The notes beneath the pieces are model-generated. The model was not told the DNA's origin. It ran no database searches and worked only from the letters and a program-made list of their open reading frames with translations. From Vicugna vicugna (Eukaryota), in contig MU058287.1 in assembly GCA_013265495.1 (NCBI GenBank), positions 671,873 through 691,872 of the forward strand: DNA of 20,000 nt, in the 5' to 3' direction. This document shows positions 10,720 through 20,000 of the stretch, one piece after another; position 1 is the stretch's first letter; each line of letters opens with the position of its first letter. The position numbers were made by a program, and so were the translations under genes.

Positions 10720-10790
10720 AGTCAATAACCAATCAATGTCCATTCTATGAAAACACTGTGCTGGGTGCTCTGGGGAAGCTGACAGATCTG
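10720..10790 (-). mobile_element. Possible L2 3'-end fragment
   Basis: CTATGAAAACACTGTGCTGGGTGCTCTGGGGA resembles the antisense L2 terminus CTATGTGCCAGGCACTGTGCTAGGCGCTGGGGA. Confidence 0.45.
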
Positions 10791-11094
10791 GTAATGTTGT
10801 TAAACTGCCCAATATAGGAAAGAGACATGGTGGGGAAAATGCCTTTTTAATTGTGAACTTGTTGAGCTTAAGTCACCTTTACCATTAAATTTTCTACTTT
10901 AGACTCTATGTGCTTGGGCAGAGCACTAGAAACAGACACATATATAGTGAGATATAGATAGCCTATGTCTATATCTGTGCTGAAGTAGATGAGCCCTAAG
11001 TTGACAGATAGAGCCAGAGAAAGCTATCAACTTGGCTTGAAGATTGAGGCTCACATGGCAGTTGCCATCTCCCTGGGGTAGGTTATGGGACTCC

Positions 11095-11290
11095 ACGGTG
11101 GAGGGGAGGGCAGGCTTTGGAGCTGAGCACTTATGGGTTTGATTCCTACTTGGCCACTTGGTAGATGTTTGACCTTGGCCAAGTCATTTAGCTTGGATTT
11201 CCTCACTGATAAAGTAGAGCCAATTATATCTATCTTGACAATTAGGTAGATTATCTGTAGACTTCCAGCTCATCAGTAAATGGTAGCTCT
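11095..11290 (+). mobile_element. MIR SINE, degraded
   Basis: CAGGCTTTGGAGC...GGGTTTGATTCCTACTTGGCCACTTGGTAGATGTTTGACCTTGGCCAAGTCATTTA...TTTCCTCACTGATAAA...CAGTAAATGGTAGCT follows the order of the MIR consensus. Confidence 0.75.
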
Positions 11291-11459
11291 TACCAGTGTC
11301 ACGTTCATGGTGAGGCTTGATAATCTAAGCTTTGTTCCCCATCAGTGACATTTTCACTGCTCACTGAAGCCTCAGTTTACAATCTAGTCTAAATTTATCC
11401 AATGAAATAAAATCCAAACTTTTTCAGACAATACATGGATTTGTCCAACAAGTTACTAA

Positions 11460-11570
11460 GTAATCATTTATTAAAACCCTTTTAATATATTAAATATTGT
11501 TTTAAATATTGGGGACTTAGAGATGAATAGAACATGCTACCCTCCCAGGAACACAATATCTAAGCAGGTT
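11460..11570 (-). mobile_element. Possible L2 3'-end fragment
   Basis: CATTTATTAAA...TATTGGGGACTTAGAGATGAATAGAACATG...CCCTCCCAGGAACACAATATCTA resembles the antisense L2 terminus. Confidence 0.45.
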
Positions 11571-12580
11571 CTAGGAAAGACTGAGATTTTAATTCCATAT
11601 GGAGATATTCCCCGGCTTGTTCTGGTTGCCCGGGCAGCAGAGGAGAGTACACTTACCTCCCCGTGGCATTGAGCTGAAATGGGTAGTCAAGAAATCTCTG
11701 CTGTTCCATATCAGATTTTTATTAAATAAATAAGCAAAAGACATCAAAATGATTTGAGTTCTAGTTAATGCTGGCCTCACCATTCATATTATTTGAGAAA
11801 GCAGCAGGGTCCGTATGTTAACAAATCACCTGTTGCTTGTGGCCAGGCTGACCCCTGAGCTGACTGGGAGTGGTTAAGCAGACTTTCCACCACCAGTCAT
11901 CACTAGTCAATTTAAAACTTTTGTAGTCATTTTTGTTTCCTTTTCCCCTTCTATAATTTTCATGGTACCAAAAAATGCTACATATTTGGTGCCAGTGCTG
12001 TCTCCTGTGGGCTTCTCTTGTTTCAGTCTTAGGAATACCCACCTAGCTTGGGGTCAGTGGCTTCCTATAGTTGGTCCACCTCAGTGCCATTCAGGTTCCA
12101 ATCCCACTACGTCAGCCTAACTCTATCTATCCTGTTATCTTTAAAAAAAAAAATCAGTCCCCTTTATACTTACGTGAAGAGTTAGTAGGCTTAAACTCTG
12201 GTCTCATTTGTATAGAAGGGGGTTAAGATGATTGTGCATGTATTTCCTGAACATAAAGGCTATCTGGTTACTTTTTTCCCTCTCAAAACTCTCCCAGGAA
12301 ACCTTCTCTTTAAATAGTAAAAGGAAGTAATTCTTGGAATAAAACTGAGTTCTCTTTCTTCAGCGAATTTTTAAGCTGAGTATTACATTTCTTTAACTGC
12401 CTGTAGTCATATCTTCCTGATACATATTTTGAAACAACCAGTCCCTATAATTTTGCATTACATTAATTGCCTATAACTGACTCATTATTTCTAATTACAA
12501 GCCAGCACACACAGCATGGAGAGCTGAGACAATTCTCTGGATAACTTAGGCCCTGAAGCTCATTTTATTGGAAAGAAGGC

Positions 12581-12998
12581 AATCTGTCACCATACAAAGT
12601 CATCACAGTGTTACTGACTATGTTCCTTGTGCTGTACGTTACATCCCTGTGACTTATTTATTTTGTAACTGGAAGCTCTTAATCTCTCTCATCCATTTTA
12701 CTCATCCCTCTGCTTCCTTCCCCCTCTGGCAACCACTAGGTTGTTCCCTGTATCTATGAATCTGTTTCTATTTTGTTATGTTTGTTCATTTGTTTTGTTC
12801 TTTGGATTCCACATATACAATGAAATTGTGTGCTATTTGTCTTTCTCTGTCTAACTTATTTCACTTAACATAATACCCTCTAGGTCCATCCATGTTGTTG
12901 CAAATGGCAATATTTCATTTTTATGGCTGAGTAATATTCCATTGTATGTATAAACCACACCTTCTTTATCCATCTATCAGTGGACACTCGGATTGCTT
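12581..12998 (-). mobile_element. L1 fragment (ORF2 end and 3' UTR), antisense, lacking the extreme 3' end
   Basis: Typical antisense L1 text: CCCCTCTGGCAACCACTAG, GATTCCACATAT, CTTATTTCACTTAACATAATACCCTCTAGGTCCATCCATGTTGTTGCAAATGGCAA and ATGGCTGAGTAATATTCCATTGTAT. Confidence 0.9.
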
Positions 12999-13559
12999 AA
13001 GGAAGACTTTTTGATAGATGTTAATTGGTGATGAGTATAGAGCATCTCTGCTATTTTAGCTACTGGTTCTGGGTATCAGTTAGTTTTTACAGTGAGTAAA
13101 ATAAAGTATCCTCACTGTTAATCTCATTTGTGAAACAAGAGATATAGTCTTATCACAAGAGACTCAGGTCCACAAATATTTCTCTACTTGGTTCATCCTC
13201 TTCCAAAAACCAGTAGCAAGAACTATTGCCACAGTTCTCAGCCACAGGTTCCTCATAGAAAACTACAGGGGCTGAGGAATATATCTGGGGAGACAAAACA
13301 ATCTGACTGTGGCATTTAAATGTAACACTGAAAGGAGCCTTGGGGAAAAGGTTGTATATTGCAGTGATAGCTAGTGATGGGAGAAGGCCAGAGAGAGGCC
13401 TCAGGGCTTTCTTCTTTTTCTTTTTCTATAATTCTTTGCTTTCCAACCACAAGGTAGATTTTCTTATCTCCCAATGAAGTCGTCCTCTGTGGTTTGTAAT
13501 GCTATTCTACTTTTTGGCTGAAGGGTCTGTCTTCCAGAGGTTGTAGGGGTGCTTCTATT

Positions 13560-13705
13560 AGTACTTTTAATTTACATGAGGAAAAACTTCTTTGTAGAAA
13601 AATTAGGAAATAAAGATAGGCACAAAGTTTAACCCCCAAACCAACCGTGATCCAGCGACTCTTGTTCATAGATAACAAATGTTAACATTTTGATGAGTGT
13701 CTCAG
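13560..13705 (-). mobile_element. Possible ancient L1ME 3'-end fragment
   Basis: TTGTAGAAAAATTAGGAAATAAAGATA...GATAACAAATGTTAACATTTTGATG resembles the antisense L1ME4-type terminus. Confidence 0.45.
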
Positions 13706-14304
13706 CTTTTCAACCTGAAGGACACAAGCATCTGTTCCAACCTCAGCGTTTATATGGCATGGATTAGGTGTTTATTAAGTAGTAACAGTAATAGCATTCT
13801 ACTTGATACTTCTTGGAGTGGCCTGAAATACTGTGCTGAAATTTTTAATTCTAACTGTCCAGACTTTCAATATTAAAGAATAAATAGCAACTGCCTTCTC
13901 CATAGCTCTGTGGCAGCTCGTCAAAACCATGTTGCTATGGGTGGTATTACAGGCAGGACTTTCATAGGAAAACGATACTGTTTCTCGGAAAATCTCATGA
14001 CCTGTGCTATTCTTGTGGTCAGCGAGGTTGGGGGATGTGTGTGGCTCATGGATCGGGCCCCAGGATGAGTCTGGCCAAGGCTTGCTTCCTCTCCACCTCG
14101 TTGGTGGCCCTGGAAGGGAATCTGCCCTGGTTTTAGTTTGGCTGTAGTCTTGGTATCATAGTTGTCATACCTCCACCTAGTAGAATTAGGAATCCTGTTC
14201 TCCAAGGCACTTCTTAAAAGAATCTCTGCTTCACTGACGCTATACATGCTGGGAAAGTTTGTGACCTAAATAACAACTCTGTGTATCTATTCTTTCCTAC
14301 TTAG

Positions 14305-14381
14305 GCAGCGATAAGGAAAGAACTAAATGAATTTAAAAGCACAGAAATGGAGGTTCATGAAGAGAGTCGACAGTTTACCAG
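14305..14381 (+). CDS. PHACTR2: PHACTR2 penultimate coding exon (77 nt, phase 0/2): AAIRKELNEFKSTEMEVHEESRQFT(R)
   Basis: Acceptor TTCTTTCCTACTTAG ends at 14304 and donor CAG|GTAGGT starts at 14382. The translation is the conserved PHACTR C-terminal PP1-binding segment. HEESRQFTR fits PHACTR2 better than PHACTR1 (HELSRHLTR as I recall it). Confidence 0.95.
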
Positions 14382-15949
14382 GTAGGTAAACAAAGTGCAG
14401 TTGAACATATCAAGAATGAGTAAGATGGAAAATTGTAAGTTATGTGTGTTTCACAACAATTTAAGTTTTGTAAAAAATATAGTTTAGCACAACACCATCT
14501 AGTGAACATTTCTAAAATTAAGTCTTTTTTTTTTTCCCCGAAGTCTGAATCATTTTAAAAGGACTATGTTTTGGTTTCTTTCTTAGTTTTAGTTTCTGGG
14601 CCAGAAGACAAGCATCAGCATCATTTATTCTGCTCTTGAAGAGACACAGTTAAGTTTTTATGCCCAGAACAGATGGGGGTGAGAGCCAGTGTGGGCACAT
14701 ATGTGTCTGCTTTGGACTCCCAGAAGACATAACTTAGGATAGAAACTCAATTTTTAGAGGATGTAACTTAGAAAGGAACCCAGTTTTTACTGCTGCCACA
14801 GAAGATCACTATAATCCTATTATTTTTCCTCCCAACACACTTCAGTTTCACCAGCTGCTAAAGCCGGCAGGGACCTGAGTGACCTTGTAGTCTGACCCCA
14901 CACTTCACAGGTGTTCCGTTTATTTATATCTCACGGGTTTACATGCTTTGCTTATATAACAGGTGTTATATAAAAAATTGAAGAATTTGCGTGCCAATCA
15001 AATTTTTGAAAATTGAATTGTTAAAAAACACTTCAGAACAGATGATTACATGAAGAATACCCTCGTCGTCTTTCTGGAAAGCAAATACTTATCCCAAGGC
15101 TAGAAACAGCCTCTGTAGGGCAGCCATGCATCATGGTGCTACAGTATCTGCAGTGGTTGTGTTGGTGGTGGTGACATGCTGGGGAGCATGTCCCGTGATA
15201 AAGGAAGCAGTGGTAGAACTTCACAGTTTAATAACAAATCCATTCCCTGAAGTCCATGGGGACCTGCTTGCTCCTTACCTATTGCTCCTGTAATCATGTC
15301 TGCTATGTAGAAGAAACTCCCCTTTCTCCTCGGGGTAGTTCTTCCTGATGTTTTGTTTTCTCCCATGTCATGTTTCTTTGTAAGTGCATGTAGGGCTTTC
15401 AGACATCCTGAATATATAGGCTTTTTCTTTATTTGAGTACGTTACCCTATCATAATGCCGTCTTGGACCCATCACATGCCCATATCAAGCCAGACCTATT
15501 TGTTCTCTCCTTTTCTCCCTTCTACTTCTGGGGCCAGGAAAAATTCATGCTAGTATCTAACACTGTGGCTACACTTCTCCAGTAAAGTTGATCACCGTAA
15601 GTTGGATATTTATGGTGACACTGAGCTGGCTAGGACCTCTGGATAACTGGGACGATGGTGTGTGCTTGTGTCTTTGAGTTCTGACCCCTGAGATGTAGCG
15701 ACTGCACTCAGCCCAGTCTTTGACATTCAGAATGGTTTTCCTAACAAATTGTAGTGTCTGATTAACTCATTTTAATTTGGTAGCATTATATGAAGAATAA
15801 ATTCCAATAGAAAACCAGTTAATTTTAAAAATACATTTATATGTAAGTTCTCATTTTATGAAAATTAAACATGTATACTCGAATAAGTTCTGTTGTACAC
15901 TATGAACAAGTCAAAAAAAGTACAATATTGGGAGAAGTAAAGGTATTTC

Positions 15950-17320
15950 TTTTTTATAAATGTATTTTTATGTACACAAATAATCTAATTAAGCATTCAA
16001 ATAGCACAAAAATCTATCAAAGGAAAATGAAAACTCCATTCACTCCTTCCCCAAATTCATTTCCATTCTCACAGGTAATCACAAGTAAAAGTTTGTGTAG
16101 ATCTTTCTAGACAGTTTTCCGTACATTCACAAACGTGCATATATATGTGATATATGTGTACATACTTACGTGCATTTATGTACACCCTCTCAGTTTTTCA
16201 CAAAGACAGCATCTAGAGAATCTTCCCATGTTAGTATATATTTCATTCATTTGGATGACTCTATGGCATTTCATAGATAATATACTCTGTCATAAATTAT
16301 TGAACAATTATTCTATTAATGCATGTTTATGAAAATTTAAGTTTTCCATTATTTAAACAATGCTACCTTGACTTTATGAGTACATCTTTTTCCATACATG
16401 CCAGTGTTTCTATAGCATAAGTGTATTTGCCATGTCTACTAAACATGTATTTTTTAACATTTTGAAAGATACTATTCTGTGTCTTCCCAAAAGGACACTC
16501 AGTTTACACTGTGATTTCCAGCGAACATGACTGGTCTGCTCATCCTTATCAGCATTTGGAGGTTGGGAGAGGTTTCTAAAGAATGAACAATAATATCCTA
16601 TTTCATTGATTTCTATAAGCTTGGGCATCTTTATATATTTTTATTGGCCATTTATTTTTTGAATTCTTTGATTTTCTTTGATCAGTTTTCTTTGGGGTTG
16701 TTTGTCTTTTTCATATGGATTAGTAAAATCTCCTTAGGTATTGTGCACATCAGCCCTTTATTACATGTGTCTCAGTACTTTAATCTGTTGTTAATGTTTT
16801 AACTCTTTGTGGTCTTCTGTTTAAATTTCTGCATATTCAAGTTTGCCTGTATTGTTATTTTTTTACTTCATTTGTTTTGTGTCTTATGGAGGATGGCCAA
16901 GATTTTAAAAGTATTATCTTCAATTTTTATACATGCTTTTTTTATACTTTAATCTTTCATTCACTGGGCATTTATTTATATGTGTGATTCAAGGGAGTAA
17001 ACTAACTTTACTTTGTTCTAAATCAATAGTCAATTGCCCCAGTGCCCTATATTTCCCCTTTATGTGACATTCGTCTTTTAATATGCACGTAGGTCAATTC
17101 TGGATTCTTCATTGAGCTCTAGTGAGCTGTCGTCTATCCTTGCACCGTGTCATATGATTTAATTCGAATAGATTTGTAGTATGTTTTTAAATCTGATGGG
17201 ATATTTTTTTACCTTCAAACTTCTTTTGGCTTTTTTTCTATATTTACTCATCTTCAGATATTTAGAGTATACTTGTGTGTTCTGTAAAAGAGTCTATTGA
17301 TACCTTTATTGTTTAAGCAA
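15950..17320 (-). mobile_element. Ancient, highly diverged L1 (L1ME-like) fragment
   Basis: About 1.4 kb of T-rich sequence with ordered antisense L1 remnants (CAGGTAATCAC...TAAACAATGCTAC...CAGTTTACACT...GGCATCTTTATATATTTTTATTGGCCATTT...GGGTTGTTTGTCTTTTTC...CAGCCCTTT). Boundaries are approximate. Confidence 0.7.
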
Positions 17321-17477
17321 ATATTAGTAGATGCAAAGAGTGATGAGCTGCATTTCCAAAGAAAATCATGGGCCTTTATTTATTTATTGGTAACAGTCGA
17401 TACGAAAGTAAGCTTTTAAAGTTTTCCCAAAAATATATTGGTTAACACTCTTTAAAATGTCTTTTAAAGACAGTTTT

Positions 17478-17730
17478 GGGGGAATGGGCAAATTAAGTGA
17501 AGGGGATTAAGAAGTGCAGACTTCCAGTCATAAAATACATAAGTCATGGGGATGTAATGTGCAGCATGGGGAGTATAGTCAATAATATTGTAAAAACTTT
17601 GTATGGTGACAGATGGTAACAAACTTACCATGGTGATCACTTCATAATGTACAAAAATAACGAATCACTATATTGTATACCTGAAATGAATATATTCTAA
17701 GTCAATTGTAGTTCAATTTTTTTTAAAAAA
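17478..17730 (+). mobile_element. L1 3'-UTR end, sense, 5'-truncated
   Basis: GACTTCCAGTCATAAAATACATAAGTCATGGGGATGTAATGTGCAGCAT...TTTGTATGGTGACAGATGG...GAATCACTATATTGTATACCTGAAA...GTCAATTGTAGTTCAAT ends in a T/A run. It is the same family as the reverse complement of 12581-12730. Confidence 0.88.
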
Positions 17731-18364
17731 ACTTAAATTTCCAGATAAGGAAAAACTAAATATTCATATCACTAAGATAAATATTCCTTGCTTAAGTATT
17801 TTTTAAAACTTGGCAGTAAAGCAAATGTCTCCTGCTATTTTTCCATTGATTTGTATTACATCATTAGAGTTGCATTCCAGTAGAGAAGTATTTTGGCTCT
17901 GAGACTTTTAAAATAATATTTAATGATTTTTAAATTGTTTTCAGTATTTCTTTTAAAAGGTAAAAGTTTTGGTAAATACTGCAGAGTCTAATCAAAATAA
18001 TACAAACGTATGATAATGTTTTACGTTCAGAAAATTGCTCATGTAGAAGACGGCGGTGCCCATAGCCCCAGGCGCCCTTTGAGGGAATAAACTCACCATG
18101 GATCATGACCTGGGCCTGGATCTGAGTGCAGCCCAGATAGAGAGCAGCTCACTTGTTACAAAGCCCTTCTCATTAGCACCAGACATTATCTCCTTATATC
18201 GAGTAAGCCTTCCCTTCAAAACCTAAACCTATTAACTGCCTGCAGATTTAGGGTGGTTAATAAAAGGGTTTAGACAACCCTGTTTCCTCTGCCCAGACAC
18301 CTCTTTATCCAGAGATAGTCTGAACGCTGGGAGGATCCCTTCCCATATATAGCTTCCTTTGCTT

Positions 18365-18535
18365 CTATATCTCTGGGAAGATTCACAAAACCTGGTAACA
18401 TTGGTTGGCTCTGGGAGGGGAATTGGATGGCTAGGGGCAGGCATGGTGGGGAGACTTTACTACTCACTCATTTGAACCTTTTGAGTTTTTGAAACATAGA
18501 ATCTAGAATTACCTAGTCAAAACCAAACATTTAAA
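18365..18535 (+). mobile_element. Old L1 3'-end fragment (L1MC4-like)
   Basis: CTCTGGGAAGATTCACAAAACCTGGTAACATTGGTTGGCTCTGGGAGGGGAATTGG...GAGACTTT...CCTTTTGAGTTTTTGAAACAT...ATTACCTAGTCAAAA follows the recalled L1MC4 3' terminus. Confidence 0.65.
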
Positions 18536-18553
18536 AGAAAAAATGAAGGATCA

Positions 18554-18902
18554 GGGGGAGGGTATAGCTCAAGTGGTAGAGTGCATGGTTAGCATGCACA
18601 AGGTCCTGGGTTCAATCCCCAGTACCCTCTCTAAAAATAAATAAACCTAATTACCTCCCTCTGCCTCCCAAAAAAGAATTACGTGGATAATTATTTTAAT
18701 CATACAAATAATCTAAAAAAATAGAATTAATAGAAAAAAAAAAAGAATGACCTTTGTGGGGAGGATATAGCTCAAGTGGTAAAGTACATGCTTAGCATGC
18801 ACAAGGTCCTGGGTTCAATCCCCAGTACATCTTCATAAAATAAATAAATAAATCTAATCACCTCCCCACCACAAAAAAGTTAAAAACAAACAAACAAACA
18901 GG
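18554..18902 (+). mobile_element. Composite insertion: two head-to-tail tRNA-Ala-derived SINE units (about 18554-18676 and 18758-18902) with an A-rich spacer
   Basis: Both units have an A box, a B box and the AA(C/T)CTAAT(T/C)ACCTCCC tail. One perfect 15-bp TSD, AAAAATGAAGGATCA, lies at 18539-18553 and 18903-18917 and encloses both. Confidence 0.92.
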
Positions 18903-18968
18903 AAAAATGAAGGATCAATTTCCTAAAGCCTTCCTTCTGTAAATGAAGATTCTATCATGGTGGCTTTT

Positions 18969-19027
18969 ATTGAATAGTGTACTGGCAGGTTGAATAGTGT
19001 ACTGGCAGATTGAATAGTGTACTGGCA
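18969..19027. repeat. 20-bp tandem repeat, about 3 copies (RTTGAATAGTGTACTGGCAG)
   Basis: ATTGAATAGTGTACTGGCAG GTTGAATAGTGTACTGGCAG ATTGAATAGTGTACTGGCA, read directly from the sequence. Confidence 0.97.
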
Positions 19028-19509
19028 AGACTACTGTGACACTCCTGCTTTTATGTATCGAGAAGTCACCTCTGAAAACTCCATCGTGGGGTACATTCTC
19101 TGCGTGATTGATCTGAAGAGTGGATTGTAACGATCCACTCTTTCATCTAATTCCCCTACTTTCTCCAGATGGCTCTAAAATTGGAATGCATTCTAGGGCC
19201 TTGTGAGAAGGATGAGGATAAGTGGCCTCCCTAAGAATTCATCCTTTGGTCTGTGAGATACCAGCCAGGCTCTAAACTCTGTTCTTTAGAACACTTGCTG
19301 CTTGTCCAGCCACATACTGTGTTTTCATCCCCCAGCAACTGCCTGCCCAGCCTACTGTGTAAAACCCAAAAGACCATTTGAAGGGCAAAGTACTATTAAA
19401 TAAGGCCATTGCATTCTGGAAAGAGATCACCATGGCAAAGAAAAGCCACTTCCCTTCCCATAGTAAATGAGATTTCTACAATTTAAAATAAGTCTCTAAA
19501 TTATAAAGA

Positions 19510-19670
19510 CATATAAATTGTATGAAAAAAATTTTACATAAAAACTAAGCTTTAAGATGGTTATAGCTGAGTGGTAGGCTCTATCTGGCTAATTGTAATC
19601 TTTGGATATGCTCTGCTTTCCAAATTTTTTAAAATGTCAACATATATCAGTTTATAGTCAAGGGAGAATA
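19510..19670 (+). mobile_element. Possible ancient L1ME 3'-end fragment
   Basis: ATGGTTATAGCTGAGTGGTAGG...TTTCCAAATTTTTTAAAATGTCAACATATATCAGTTTATAGTCA resembles the sense L1ME4-type terminus. Confidence 0.45.
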
Positions 19671-19693
19671 TTACTTTTTAAAATAAACTTTGA

Positions 19694-19764
19694 TTAGAAA
19701 AATAATAAATAAACCTAATTATCTCTCCTCCCCTCAAAAAAATTAAAAATAAATGAATAAATAT
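19694..19764 (+). mobile_element. 5'-truncated SINE consisting of the 3' tail only
   Basis: AAATAAACCTAATTATCTCTCCTCCCCTCAAAAAAATTAAAAATAAA matches the tails of the SINEs at 3182 and 18554. A perfect 13-bp TSD AAATAAACTTTGA lies at 19681-19693 and 19765-19777. Confidence 0.8.
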
Positions 19765-19962
19765 AAATAAACTTTGAATTTTGTACATACGAACATTTGT
19801 ACAGTATGCAAAGTAGTACTTTCAGATATATAATTTTGTTAGCTTCTAAATTATTTGCTTATCATATGAAGCAAAGAATCATTAAATTTGACACCCTTAG
19901 AGCCAAAATGGGCCTCAAGAGATGTTAAGTGGAAAAATCAAGATACTGACTAAAGGCTTACA

Positions 19963-20000
<38 letters not shown>
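19963..20000. repeat. Compound microsatellite (TG)9(TA)10+, running off the window end
   Basis: Read directly from the sequence. Confidence 0.98.

Larger units (their letters stand above)
7735..14304 (+). other. PHACTR2: PHACTR2 GC-AG intron (6570 nt)
   Basis: Runs GCAAGG...CTTAG. This is the only junction placement that gives a recognised splice dinucleotide pair and preserves ...PADK|AAIRK.... Confidence 0.88.

Noticed and set aside
14301..14310. Second acceptor TAG|GCAG| 4 nt into the exon
   Set aside because: It is a frameshifting offset, not an in-frame NAGNAG, and the GCAG is required by the Ala-Ala codons. There is no evidence of use.
14843..14860. CAG|TTTCACCAG as a possible terminal FHRP exon
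   Set aside because: It has the wrong phase for the preceding phase-2 exon end and reads FHQL, not FHRP-stop. The true last exon is probably beyond the window.
448..18467. All ORFs in the supplied six-frame track (61-108 aa)
   Set aside because: They are short, show no recognisable domains, and several lie in repeats (MLT1, L1, MER58A, SINE). They look like chance ORFs in intronic DNA, and the real coding exons are not among them.
18969..19027. CRISPR-like appearance of three repeated 20-mers
   Set aside because: The units are directly adjacent with no unique spacers, there are no cas genes, and the context is a mammalian intron.

Overview
AT-rich mammalian genomic DNA, most likely from a camelid (alpaca, llama or camel), judged from several copies of a tRNA-Ala(AGC)-derived SINE resembling Vic-1. 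The whole window appears to lie inside the 3' part of PHACTR2 (phosphatase and actin regulator 2) on the + strand. Three coding exons that the ORF track misses are readable: 4885-4946, 7597-7734 and 14305-14381. They splice in frame to (Q)[91 protein letters not shown](R), which is the last RPEL repeat plus the PP1-binding domain. The preceding exon and the terminal FHRP-stop exon were not found and probably lie outside the window. The rest is intron with SINEs, an MLT1 LTR, MER58A, L1, L2 and MIR fragments, a 20-bp triplication and a microsatellite. None of the supplied ORFs looks like a real gene, and I see no prokaryote-type system. The most interesting points are a GC-AG intron, a tandem donor whose use would stop the protein just before the PP1-binding FHRP tail, a two-SINE composite inside one target-site duplication, inverted repeat pairs flanking the exons, and two atypical SINE insertions (one tail-only, one tail-less). 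Repeat subfamily names come from recalled consensus sequences and need RepeatMasker confirmation.
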